Source: Nitrospinaceae bacterium (GTDB lineage: Bacteria > Nitrospinota > Nitrospinia > Nitrospinales > Nitrospinaceae). Taken from it: a stretch of DNA of 64,000 bases. Below, one piece after another: positions 18,804-28,233 of this stretch. Numbering within the stretch: the first letter of the stretch is position 1; every line of letters starts with the position of its first letter. Location: positions 2,816,001 through 2,880,000 of the forward strand of contig OZ245011.1 in NCBI GenBank assembly GCA_965223665.1, read 5' to 3'. The translations under genes and the position numbers were made by a program. The notes under the pieces are model-generated. The model searched no databases, was not told the origin of the DNA, and saw only the letters and a list, made by a program, of their open reading frames with translations.

Positions 18804-20105
18804 GTGTCCATTAGATTTATCATTACATTATTCGTTCTGGCAGTCCTAACGGTTTATTTTACTTTTCTCAATAACCAAAGTATTGAGGTATTTTTTACTC
18901 AAAATCACCCCATAAAATTACCCATTGTGGTTTTTATGTTGGGGAGTATTCTTTTGGGTGTAATTCTTACCTCACTGTTTACTAGTTGGGGTCGATTGAA
19001 AAGTTTTTTTAAATCCGCTCGACAATACCGCTACTTTAAAAAACGGGAAAAACAAAACAAAGTTTGGGAAAAAATGAGCCAAAAGGCCGAGAATGCTTTT
19101 GCAACCGGGCATGAGCAAAAAGGCGTAGCTTTATTTGAAAAAATTCTTGCACAAAATCCTCAACATATTGGTTCTATAAATCATATTGGAAACCACTATC
19201 GAACCCGTGGACAATATGATAAAGCCATTGAAATGCATAAAAGAGCTTCAGAGTTGGATCCAGAGAACGTTCACGCTTTAGATAATTTAGCTGAAGACTA
19301 TGCCGCTACTAAAAGACCAGAAAAACAAATTAATGCTTTAGCTCGAATTTTAGATTTAGACCCTAATTCATTGCCTACATTAAAAAAACTTAGAGAAGTT
19401 TATCTTGAAACGGGAAACCTTGAAAAAGCTTACCAAACACAGAAATCGATTTTACCGTTAATTCATGATTCCAGCGAGCTAGGTGAAGAGCAAGAAAAGT
19501 TTAGTCAAATTGTTTACACAAGGGGTTTGGAACATTACAAAAATAAGAGCATGGAACCGGCCATAACAGAATTAAAACGTTCCATAAGAGAAAATAGCCA
19601 ATCACTTCCCGCCTATGTGACATTGGGTGACATCTATTTTGAAATGAACAATCACAAAGCGGCACTCAAAACCTGGAAAACCGGTTATGAATTTACCCAC
19701 TCTCCTGTTTGCCTATCCAGAATTAAAAATGCTTACAAACAGATGGATAAACCCAAAGAAATCATTAAAATTTATAAAGAAGCCATAAAAAACCAAGATA
19801 ATTCGCATGCTGAAACCCTAGTCCTTCATTTCGCGAATTATTTGTTAGATCAAAGTGATATTGAGCAAGCCTTAGAGGTCCTAGAATCTGTAAAAGAACC
19901 TTCCCTCGCGGTTAGACTTCTTACTATCAAAGCATTAAGGAAAAATAATTCTTTTAAAGAATCTGAAAAAATCACAGAAACTGCTTACGAAAAAGTCTCG
20001 GCTTCTATATCAGGTTATGTTTGTGGTAAATGCAAAGCAACACTTGAGGAATGGTCCGGATTGTGTCCTCAATGCCAATCATGGAATTCGATAAAGCCCA
20101 ACTAA
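18804..20105 (+). CDS. LapA-LapB-like fusion (two TM helices, TPR repeats, rubredoxin-like C-terminus)
   Basis: N-terminal TM-NNQSIEV-TM (LapA-like), TPR repeats, YVCGKC...WSGLCPQCQSWNSI. Confidence 0.8.
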   Translation: MSIRFIITLFVLAVLTVYFTFLNNQSIEVFFTQNHPIKLPIVVFMLGSILLGVILTSLFTSWGRLKSFFKSARQYRYFKKREKQNKVWEKMSQKAENAFATGHEQKGVALFEKILAQNPQHIGSINHIGNHYRTRGQYDKAIEMHKRASELDPENVHALDNLAEDYAATKRPEKQINALARILDLDPNSLPTLKKLREVYLETGNLEKAYQTQKSILPLIHDSSELGEEQEKFSQIVYTRGLEHYKNKSMEPAITELKRSIRENSQSLPAYVTLGDIYFEMNNHKAALKTWKTGYEFTHSPVCLSRIKNAYKQMDKPKEIIKIYKEAIKNQDNSHAETLVLHFANYLLDQSDIEQALEVLESVKEPSLAVRLLTIKALRKNNSFKESEKITETAYEKVSASISGYVCGKCKATLEEWSGLCPQCQSWNSIKPN

Positions 20106-20112
20106 TCCTTAC

Positions 20113-20146
20113 AAAAAAAGCCTCCCCTAAGTGAAGGGAGACTCTT
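20113..20146. terminator. Possible bidirectional terminator between convergent genes
   Basis: CTCCC/GGGAG stem flanked by an A-run and a T-rich tract. Confidence 0.4.
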
Positions 20147-20174
20147 CTTAATTAAATATTTAAATCAAATTATT

Positions 20175-20726
20175 TTAAGGATTCATTAATTTTGCATCCA
20201 TGAGCTTGGTGCCCTTAGCATAAGTTTTTGCTGATAAAAGAGTGTCTTCATTCAGTAAAAAATATAATCCTCGATCAGGATAGCGAGCAACCCGGGAAGA
20301 CATGGATTTCGGCACGCCATATTTATCAATAAGCGAAGGAAATTTATCCCCTAATTTTATGCCAGAATCAAAAGATCCTTTAAACATTGGCCCAATTTCA
20401 ATTCCTTCAACAGTAGTTCCACCTGAGAGTGCATGAATGGTAAGATCATGCTCTGGATATTCAATACGAATGCTATCCGTTCCGTGAACAGGTCCACGCT
20501 GAACAGAAACATACTTAGGAATCCCTAATAATTCCATAGCCTGCTTTAAGGGCATACCAGGGGTAACATTTTCTCCTACTACCAAACCTGGTTCTTTCAC
20601 CTCAGAAGGTGCTGGAATAGAAACTTTTTTCATTCCCTTAGGTAGAGTTTTAGATTCTTCAGCAACCAGGGGGCCACCTAAAAAACTTATAAGTAATGCC
20701 ATTAAAATTATTTTTCCGAGTTTCAC
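20175..20726 (-). CDS. Hypothetical exported protein with an internal duplication
   Basis: GTG start after AAGGAG; signal peptide; two similar segments VTPGMP...LLGIPK and IKLGDK...KYGVPK. Confidence 0.7.
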   Translation of the reverse strand: MKLGKIILMALLISFLGGPLVAEESKTLPKGMKKVSIPAPSEVKEPGLVVGENVTPGMPLKQAMELLGIPKYVSVQRGPVHGTDSIRIEYPEHDLTIHALSGGTTVEGIEIGPMFKGSFDSGIKLGDKFPSLIDKYGVPKSMSSRVARYPDRGLYFLLNEDTLLSAKTYAKGTKLMDAKLMNP

Positions 20727-20908
20727 TGTATTCTCCTTAAAATAGGTTCCCAAATCTCAAAATCCATTTGAGAAAAACTCAACCCATCCGTTTTGCTCAT
20801 GTTTCGAAATAGATGCTATAAAATTAGTATAAGGCATTTACCCGGAAGGTGAAGGAAAAATAAATTAAATTTTCAGAATTATTATTTAAGAAAAATACTT
20901 GAAAACCC

Positions 20909-22252
20909 TTAAAAATCGGGCGATTTCTTCCTTCTTTCTTTTTTCTTTCGGGATTTTTCTCTTTCATATTGTCTTAACTTATAAGGATCCTCCTTAATTT
21001 TTGCAAATCCCTCTTCTGCTTCATCTTCCAACCATAAATCTTCAAGTGGCAAAGATTTCTTAACGGGTTTTTTAGAAACCCTTTGCAAGAATTTATTTCC
21101 TTCTTCCGCTTCTTTCTGAGTTAATCCCCTTTCCATCTCCACTAAATCCTTGCCTGATTTAAATTTTTTTCTGGAAGCTAAAGCTTCGCCACGTAATCTA
21201 ATTTCTTTGAAGTTGACTAAACCCATTTTTAAAGGCTCAGGAATTTTTGAAAAACCTAACCAAGCTCCCAACCAATTTCCAATTATTACACCTAATTTAT
21301 CAGCTTCCCTTCCCCAACTTAAAGACTCACCCAAAATATTTTTAAATGGAAGATTAATCGACAAAAATAAATGCACAGCCAAGGGTAAAAGAGTTAGCAC
21401 ATGACCTTGAGTAGGATGAAAAATTTTATTCCCGATGAACTTAGAAGCATTCTCACTTATCCAGGGAAGTACATTTTTATTTCCCTTTTTTTCCTGGATT
21501 ATTTTTAAATTGTTAAAAGTTTGACTAAGTGCAGCACTTTCCCTTTCTTCAATAAACCAATGGTCTGGAAAATTTTCGCGGTAAAAAAATTCTGCCGCTT
21601 CACAAAATTGAATAACTTCAATTAAAAAATCAGAATAACTAAAGGGAGACGATTCATCATTTATTTCAGTATAGGGTTGGTTCAAAAGCTTTGTGCAAAT
21701 AAAACCGTTTAAGGCAGTTCCTATAACCTCCCAAGGATGAATAGAAATTAGCATGGCTGCTTCTATACAGGTTTTCAAAAGTGTGGTCGTATTTCTTTGT
21801 TGGTACAATGCAATCGGAACTGCTAGTGGAAAACAACTTCCAAAAGCAAAACCATTTTCTGAGTTTTCACCTTTATTTCTATTAGGCATTGATTGGATGG
21901 CAGAAAACAAGGCTCTATCCGGCCGACGAAAAACTCCAAAATATCCTTCCGGCCCACTGATTCCCATCTTTATTAATTGAGTAACAAGGTCTTCACTATT
22001 AAATTTTCTTTTATTCAATAATACATCGCAAACCGCCAGAGCCAATTGAGTTTGAGCCCCGTAAAGTCCCTGCATCCTATATCGCTTAATTCCCTTACCA
22101 AGGTATGGGCGAACATCTTTAAAATCATCAACCTTTTTAAAATATTGCTTGATTGTTTCTGGCTTCAAACCTTTAACGGATTGGCCTAAAGCATCACCCA
22201 CGGTCATACCAACCCAAGAACCGAGGATTTTATCCTGCAAATCTAACATCAT
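20909..22252 (-). CDS. ADP-ribosylglycohydrolase (DraG/ARH) family protein with a degenerate active site
   Basis: ILGSWVGMTVGDALG; C-terminal ADKLG..IG..LGA..G..KIP; basic C-terminal tail. Confidence 0.8.
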   Translation of the reverse strand: MMLDLQDKILGSWVGMTVGDALGQSVKGLKPETIKQYFKKVDDFKDVRPYLGKGIKRYRMQGLYGAQTQLALAVCDVLLNKRKFNSEDLVTQLIKMGISGPEGYFGVFRRPDRALFSAIQSMPNRNKGENSENGFAFGSCFPLAVPIALYQQRNTTTLLKTCIEAAMLISIHPWEVIGTALNGFICTKLLNQPYTEINDESSPFSYSDFLIEVIQFCEAAEFFYRENFPDHWFIEERESAALSQTFNNLKIIQEKKGNKNVLPWISENASKFIGNKIFHPTQGHVLTLLPLAVHLFLSINLPFKNILGESLSWGREADKLGVIIGNWLGAWLGFSKIPEPLKMGLVNFKEIRLRGEALASRKKFKSGKDLVEMERGLTQKEAEEGNKFLQRVSKKPVKKSLPLEDLWLEDEAEEGFAKIKEDPYKLRQYEREKSRKKKERRKKSPDF

Positions 22253-22267
22253 TCATCCTGAAGGATA

Positions 22268-23038
22268 TCAACCAACATCCATTAGAGGAGTTGCTTCATT
22301 TTGATTGGCTAAAATTAAAGGAATTGACTTATCGGAAAGAGAATGCCGGACAGTTGAAATTGCTTTTTGAGGATGATTATTCGTTTCACTTAAATGCATC
22401 AGTACAATTTTTTTTAGATTAGGATGCTCGACAGACGCTAATAGTTCGGCACAATCCTCATTGGATAAGTGTCCATGAGATCCCAGTATTCTTTGTTTCA
22501 AATGCCATGGATATGCGCCTTCCTTTAGCATTGGAATATCGTGATTGGCTTCCACCAATAGTGTGTCCGAATTTTTTAATTTTTCTTTAACCAAGAGTGG
22601 AACAGATCCTAAGTCTGTTGCATGTCCCAATTTTTTTTTACCGCATCTGACTACAAATGCTACTGATTCAGCTGCATCATGAGGAGTAGGATAAGATTCA
22701 ACCATCAAATTATTCACTTCAATATTATCTTGCTGAGAAATACGCCGCCATCCTGTTGTTAACCCATAAGACTGTCGGGCTTTTCTAAAAGTACCTTCGG
22801 TACAATAAACGGGAATTTTAAACTTTTTGGCTAAAGTACCTACACCTCGAACATGGTCTGAGTGTTCATGGGATATAAAAAGGGCATCGATATCATCCAG
22901 AGTTGTATCAAACTGAGCTAATCGATTTGAAAGAGACCTTGCACCAATTCCAGCATCAATTAATATTCTAGTGTTTTCTCCTTCAACATAAAGAGAATTT
23001 CCTTTACTCCCGCTAGACAAAACTGAAAATTTAAAAAT
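22268..23038 (-). CDS. MBL-fold metallo-hydrolase (YycJ/WalJ-like)
   Basis: FSVLSSGSKGN, LIDAG, SHEHSDH, PHDA, EANHD, GHLSN, HLSETNN. Start extended to a candidate ATT codon (see findings). Confidence 0.9.
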   Translation of the reverse strand: MFKFSVLSSGSKGNSLYVEGENTRILIDAGIGARSLSNRLAQFDTTLDDIDALFISHEHSDHVRGVGTLAKKFKIPVYCTEGTFRKARQSYGLTTGWRRISQQDNIEVNNLMVESYPTPHDAAESVAFVVRCGKKKLGHATDLGSVPLLVKEKLKNSDTLLVEANHDIPMLKEGAYPWHLKQRILGSHGHLSNEDCAELLASVEHPNLKKIVLMHLSETNNHPQKAISTVRHSLSDKSIPLILANQNEATPLMDVG

Positions 23039-23185
23039 AATTTGATCCTTCCATTAATGAATTCTAAGTGGGTTAATCATACATTGAAAAATTGGTTCTG
23101 GGTTATTTTTTTTGGAGGGAAGACAATAAAAAACCTGGGTACTTTGCACCCAGGCATTTTTATAAGTACACTTTTAATTTCAAAT

Positions 23186-23572
23186 TTAAATTTTCTTATG
23201 TTCTTTAACTACTTTCATGGCATCCATTAAATATTGATGGTTAGATTGAGATAACTTTACTGCAAGACAATAACTTTTAGGAGATTTTCTTCTTTTAGGT
23301 TTTTTTTCGCTTGGGACACAACGAAGCACTTCAACCTTCAAATGAGCGTTACGAATTTTTTCATCATCCGAAATAATTTCTAGGGACAGTTCAGTACTTG
23401 GAGGAAATTCCCGTTCTAACTCTATTGAAAAACCACCAACGGTTAAGTTTTCAATATTTCCCTTAAGCTTTTCGTCTTTAATATAAACGTATACGTCCAA
23501 AGGATAGTCAATCCTGGGGAACCCTCTATTATCCTTTGGTTCAACATTATTACTGCCACTAAGATTTAACAT
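23186..23572 (-). CDS. Stand-alone PilZ domain protein (c-di-GMP receptor)
   Basis: RGFPR (RxxxR) and NLTVGG (D/NxS/TxxG) motifs. Confidence 0.8.
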   Translation of the reverse strand: MLNLSGSNNVEPKDNRGFPRIDYPLDVYVYIKDEKLKGNIENLTVGGFSIELEREFPPSTELSLEIISDDEKIRNAHLKVEVLRCVPSEKKPKRRKSPKSYCLAVKLSQSNHQYLMDAMKVVKEHKKI

Positions 23573-23593
23573 TTTTCTCCATCCATAAAAAAA

Positions 23594-25078
23594 TTAATGA
23601 TCAATTTGTGCTTTTTGGAGTTTCCCGCTGTAATCGACATAAACGGATTTCCATTCAGAAAAGATTTCTAAAGCTGCGGTCCCCGCCTCTCGGTGACCAT
23701 TTCCCGTTCCTTTTGTCCCCCCAAAAGGAAGTTGAATTTCTGCTCCAATAGTGGAGGCGTTAATATATGTAATTCCAGTATCCAAAGTTTTTATAGCCTG
23801 GAATGCCTGGTTTACGTTTTTAGTATAGACCGCCGAGGAAAGTCCAAATTTAGAATCATTAACAATCTCCACCGCTTGATCCAAATTGTTGCATGGTATT
23901 ATTCCTAAAACCGGACCAAAAATTTCTTCTTGGGCAATACGCATTTTCGGTTTTACATCGCCAAATATTGTAGGTTGATAAAAATATCCGTTTTTACATC
24001 CCTTTCCAGTTTCATAGTCTCCTCCTGTCAATAAAGAGGCTCCTTCATCTTTTCCAATCTGAACATAATGATGAACTTTTTCTCGTTGTCCTTCGTTGAT
24101 AAGTGGCCCCACATCATTTTTTGAAATCAAACCATCTCCAACTCGTAGTGCTTTAGCGCGGGTTACTAATAATTTGGTAAACTTCTTTATTACCTTTTTA
24201 TGGACAATGACACGACTGCATGCCGTACAACGCTGACCTGTAGTTCCAAAGGCACCAAACAATACTCCTTCAATTGCCAAATCCAAGTCAGCATCATCCA
24301 TCACAATAATGGCGTTTTTTCCACCCATTTCCAACGAATATTGCTTCATGTTCTTAGCACAACTCGATGCAATAATTGCACCAGTATCAGTAGAACCAGT
24401 AAATGATACTAAGTTCACTTTAGAGTGTTCCATCAAGGGAGTTCCAACACTACCACCCGATCCTGTGACAAGATTCAAAACACCAGGTGGTAATCCCGCT
24501 TTTTCAAAAATTTTTACAAAGTTCACCACCGATAGGGGAGTGTCTGTAGCTGGTTTAATTACCACAGTATTTCCACATACTAGAGCAGGAATCAATTTCC
24601 ACGAGGGAATAGCCAAAGGAAAATTCCAAGGAGTAATTGCAGCTACCAAACCGACCGGCATTCGGATAGACATGCAAAATTTGTCCGATAATTCAGAAGG
24701 AACAGTTTCGCCAAATAATCTTCTTCCTTCACCAGCTGTATAATAAGTTAGATCAATAGCCTCCTGCACATCTCCACGGGTCTCTGAAATAATTTTTCCC
24801 ATTTCTTGAGTCATGTCCTTGGCTATTGCATCTTTATTTTTTACTAAGAGTTCAGCAACCCGGTAAAGAATTTCTCCTCGTTTGGGAGCCGGGGTTTCCC
24901 TCCACATCTTCTGAGCATTTTGGGCTGCCTCTACTGCTTCATTTACGTCTTTTTGATTGGATTTTTGAAAACGTCCTAAAGTCTGATTACAATTTGCTGG
25001 ATTAACATTTTCAAAAGTTTCTCCACTGGCAGAGGATTTCCACTTTCCATTGATGTAATTTTTATAATCTTTAGCCAC
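23594..25078 (-). CDS. NAD(P)+-dependent aldehyde dehydrogenase
   Basis: [24 protein letters not shown] (catalytic Cys), EEIFGP; GTG start after GGAGG. Confidence 0.95.
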   Translation of the reverse strand: MAKDYKNYINGKWKSSASGETFENVNPANCNQTLGRFQKSNQKDVNEAVEAAQNAQKMWRETPAPKRGEILYRVAELLVKNKDAIAKDMTQEMGKIISETRGDVQEAIDLTYYTAGEGRRLFGETVPSELSDKFCMSIRMPVGLVAAITPWNFPLAIPSWKLIPALVCGNTVVIKPATDTPLSVVNFVKIFEKAGLPPGVLNLVTGSGGSVGTPLMEHSKVNLVSFTGSTDTGAIIASSCAKNMKQYSLEMGGKNAIIVMDDADLDLAIEGVLFGAFGTTGQRCTACSRVIVHKKVIKKFTKLLVTRAKALRVGDGLISKNDVGPLINEGQREKVHHYVQIGKDEGASLLTGGDYETGKGCKNGYFYQPTIFGDVKPKMRIAQEEIFGPVLGIIPCNNLDQAVEIVNDSKFGLSSAVYTKNVNQAFQAIKTLDTGITYINASTIGAEIQLPFGGTKGTGNGHREAGTAALEIFSEWKSVYVDYSGKLQKAQIDH

Positions 25079-25282
25079 GATTTACCTCCTTCATCCCATC
25101 ATTGTTTTAATAAAAACCAAATGGAAATTTTCAAAAGGTTGTTATCAATCCTATTATATATTTCCTACGTGGCGTCAAAGTTTTTATTTATGAACCTTTG
25201 ACAAAAAAGGTCTATCTTTCGAATATAACAGTGGGAGTGAGGAAGTCAAGATGAAGAATTACCTAAAAACAAGTAAATAGAT

Positions 25283-26353
25283 TTACAATAGCTTTTTCAG
25301 ATGTTGTTCTGTCACCTGATCAACAATTTCAACTGATCCAATTTCATCTACCAAAATAAACTTTATTTTTTTATCTCGAACTTTTTTATCTAGATACATA
25401 GCATCAAGATATTTTTCTTTGGAATACTCGGGCCATTGAGTGGGGAGATTAAATTGTTTTATCAAACTTTCGATTCTTTCTACAGTCTGTTGAGAACATT
25501 TACCCAATGATTGGGATAATTTCGAAGCATAAACCATTCCTATTGCCACCGCCTCTCCGTGTTTAAACCTGGAATATTGAGTGAGCGCTTCGATTGCATG
25601 ACCAAAAGTATGACCAAAGTTTAGTACCATGCGATAATTATTTTCAGTTTCATCTTTTTCAACCACATTGGCTTTAATTGAACAAGACGTCCTAATAATA
25701 TGAGCCAAAGTTTCGTCATCTTTATTTAATATCTGATGCACACGATCTTCTAAATACGAAAACAGAATTGGGTCTTCAATAACTCCATACTTAATGATTT
25801 CAGCCAAACCGGCTCTGAACTCAATATCAGGAAGGGTTTTAAGAGTGTCTAAATCAATAATCACGGTTTTGGGTTGATAAAAAGCACCGATTAAGTTTTT
25901 GCCCTTGGGGTGGTTGACAGCAGTTTTACCCCCTACACTACTATCCACTTGAGCTAATAAACTAGTGGGCACTTGAACGTAAGGTACGCCTCGCTGGTAG
26001 GTAGCAGCCACAAATCCCGTTAAATCACCTACAACTCCCCCTCCCAGGGCAAACATCAAAGTTCTTCGATCGCACTGTGAGTCCACCAAGTGGTCATACA
26101 CAGTTTGTGCAACTGGAAGAGTTTTGTGCTCCTCTCCTTCGGGAATTTCAAAAATATCTGATTCAAGACCAATTTGCAGGAGAGATTTCTTTAAGGTTTC
26201 TCCATACAATCGGTTGATGGCAGGGTTAGTAACTATTAATGAACGTTTATAATCTGAAAAATTAGGAAGGAATTCCCCAAGTTTGGGGAGGAATGATCGG
26301 CCAATTAAAATATCATAACTTCTATCGGCCAGATCAATCCTTAATTTATTCAT
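25283..26353 (-). CDS. aroB: 3-dehydroquinate synthase
   Basis: GGGVVGDLTGF, QVDSSVGGKTAVN, LNFGHTFGHAIE, HGEAV. Confidence 0.97.
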   Translation of the reverse strand: MNKLRIDLADRSYDILIGRSFLPKLGEFLPNFSDYKRSLIVTNPAINRLYGETLKKSLLQIGLESDIFEIPEGEEHKTLPVAQTVYDHLVDSQCDRRTLMFALGGGVVGDLTGFVAATYQRGVPYVQVPTSLLAQVDSSVGGKTAVNHPKGKNLIGAFYQPKTVIIDLDTLKTLPDIEFRAGLAEIIKYGVIEDPILFSYLEDRVHQILNKDDETLAHIIRTSCSIKANVVEKDETENNYRMVLNFGHTFGHAIEALTQYSRFKHGEAVAIGMVYASKLSQSLGKCSQQTVERIESLIKQFNLPTQWPEYSKEKYLDAMYLDKKVRDKKIKFILVDEIGSVEIVDQVTEQHLKKLL

Positions 26354-28233
26354 GAACCTCCAGGACTTGTATCCCTAACAATGGTGGGTGTCACAAAGAT
26401 TAATAATTCAGAAATATCATCTAATTGAGATCGGTTTTTAAACAAATATCCCAAAACAGGAATCTTATGTAAATATGGAATGGCTCCTTTATTTTCTTCA
26501 GATTCCTTTTGATACAATCCTCCTAACACAGCAGTTGAACCGTTGTCAACCAATACTTCCGTTTGGGCCTCTTTAGTAATAATTGTGGGAACACCCAGTA
26601 CCGGATTATCAAAGTCAGCCTGGTTTTGTTTCGCTTCGATTTTCATATAAATATCTTCTTCAGCGGTGATATGGGGAGTAACGGTTAATCTCAAATCAGC
26701 ATCTACCCAGGCAATCTTAGTACCTTCATTTGCAGACGTAGTTTGGTAAGGAATCTGCTGACCACTTTTAATAAGAGCCTCTTTGTTGTCCAATGTAGTT
26801 ACTTTTGGATTAGCAATAGTTCTGGATTTTCCTTGCTCTTCTAAAGCTTCTATTTGAATATCTAAAGCATGGTCTCCATTGCTGGTGAGCAGGCTTACAC
26901 CAAATGACCCCGCAGGCACACCACTGGGAACTCCCAAATCAACAATAAAATCGTTAATTACCTCTCCAGTAACCGCAGGATCTAACTGACCACGCGTATT
27001 CCTGGACCCACCAAAAGAAATAATAGAGGGAAAGCTGTCGGCTTTAAATGTTTTCTTTCTGGCAAAGACTCCCCAATTTATACCCAGTTCCTGGGCAAAG
27101 TTTCTTCGAATCTCAATTATTTTAGATTCGATCATGACCTGTGGAGTCTGAACATCCAAAGTTCTAATTACACTGGTCATTTCATCTACTTTTACCTGGA
27201 TATCTGTCAAAATAAGAGTATTTGTCCGAACATCTGCCGTGATATTGCCACGGTCCGGGCTGGCCAATCCCTTAAGGTTTGCCACCATATCATTAATATC
27301 AGCATAATTGACTCGGATCATTTCTGTAACTAACGCTTCCGTTTCCTGGTCAGCCATTAAAGTAGCCTTAGGGGCAATTCGGATAACATTGAGCTCGCAA
27401 ACTCTACCTAAAGCATTATTTTCCAGAATCAACTCTAAAGCAGTATTCCAGGGCACATCAATTAAACGAATATTTGCGGCGCCTTGCACGTCAGGAGACA
27501 AAACCACATTAAATCCACTAACTTCAGAGATAATTCGGAAAATATTCTTTATATTGGCATTCTGGAAATCTAGATTAATGGGTTCTTTATCCCCACCCAA
27601 AACATCTGCACAGGTATCTGTTCTTCCTTTTCCTACTCCCTCTGTATAAATAGATGATTCAACACCACCAACTTCCGCATTACTTGTATTTTCGGCTACT
27701 TGAGAGGAGTTAACTGAATTTGAAGACGCAGAAATTAATTGTACTTCCAAAACATTAGTTCCGGGTTTTAAAATCTCATATGAAACCGCACTAGAAAGTC
27801 CAATTTCCAAACGTAGCACTTGGGCCTCTTCAAAGAAAATAACCCGGATTGTAGTAACAACGCCTTTATTTACTTCCGTTACGTTAGGTATAGTGCCTTG
27901 AGCAGCGCCTGGAAAATCCAGTACCAATCGAAGAGGATTGACTAATTTGAAAGCCGTATAATTAAGAGTTTGAGTGGACTTAATAGATACAGTAACCCCA
28001 CCATTTTCCGTTCGAGTTGAAAGGTCGGTTAATGTGGGCAAAACATTTTCGTCCCCTGAGTTTGGATTTGCCTCAGCTACTTGTACTTCGACTGATGGGG
28101 ACGAATTCGTAGCTGGATTTTGGGCTTCCTTTGCAAAACCTTGGATAGATACCCCAAGGAAACACAAAATGAAAAATATGTTTAACGTCTTCTTTGGAAA
28201 AGCGTGTGTTCTCACAATATTATCCTCACTCAA
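26350..28233 (-). CDS. pilQ: Type IV pilus secretin with an AMIN domain
   Basis: AMIN (PLRLVLDF), N0 (INLDFQNA...VPWNTAL), DVRTNTLI, QVMIESKI, secretin C-terminus ELLIFVTPTI. Confidence 0.95.
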   Translation of the reverse strand: MSEDNIVRTHAFPKKTLNIFFILCFLGVSIQGFAKEAQNPATNSSPSVEVQVAEANPNSGDENVLPTLTDLSTRTENGGVTVSIKSTQTLNYTAFKLVNPLRLVLDFPGAAQGTIPNVTEVNKGVVTTIRVIFFEEAQVLRLEIGLSSAVSYEILKPGTNVLEVQLISASSNSVNSSQVAENTSNAEVGGVESSIYTEGVGKGRTDTCADVLGGDKEPINLDFQNANIKNIFRIISEVSGFNVVLSPDVQGAANIRLIDVPWNTALELILENNALGRVCELNVIRIAPKATLMADQETEALVTEMIRVNYADINDMVANLKGLASPDRGNITADVRTNTLILTDIQVKVDEMTSVIRTLDVQTPQVMIESKIIEIRRNFAQELGINWGVFARKKTFKADSFPSIISFGGSRNTRGQLDPAVTGEVINDFIVDLGVPSGVPAGSFGVSLLTSNGDHALDIQIEALEEQGKSRTIANPKVTTLDNKEALIKSGQQIPYQTTSANEGTKIAWVDADLRLTVTPHITAEEDIYMKIEAKQNQADFDNPVLGVPTIITKEAQTEVLVDNGSTAVLGGLYQKESEENKGAIPYLHKIPVLGYLFKNRSQLDDISELLIFVTPTIVRDTSPGGS

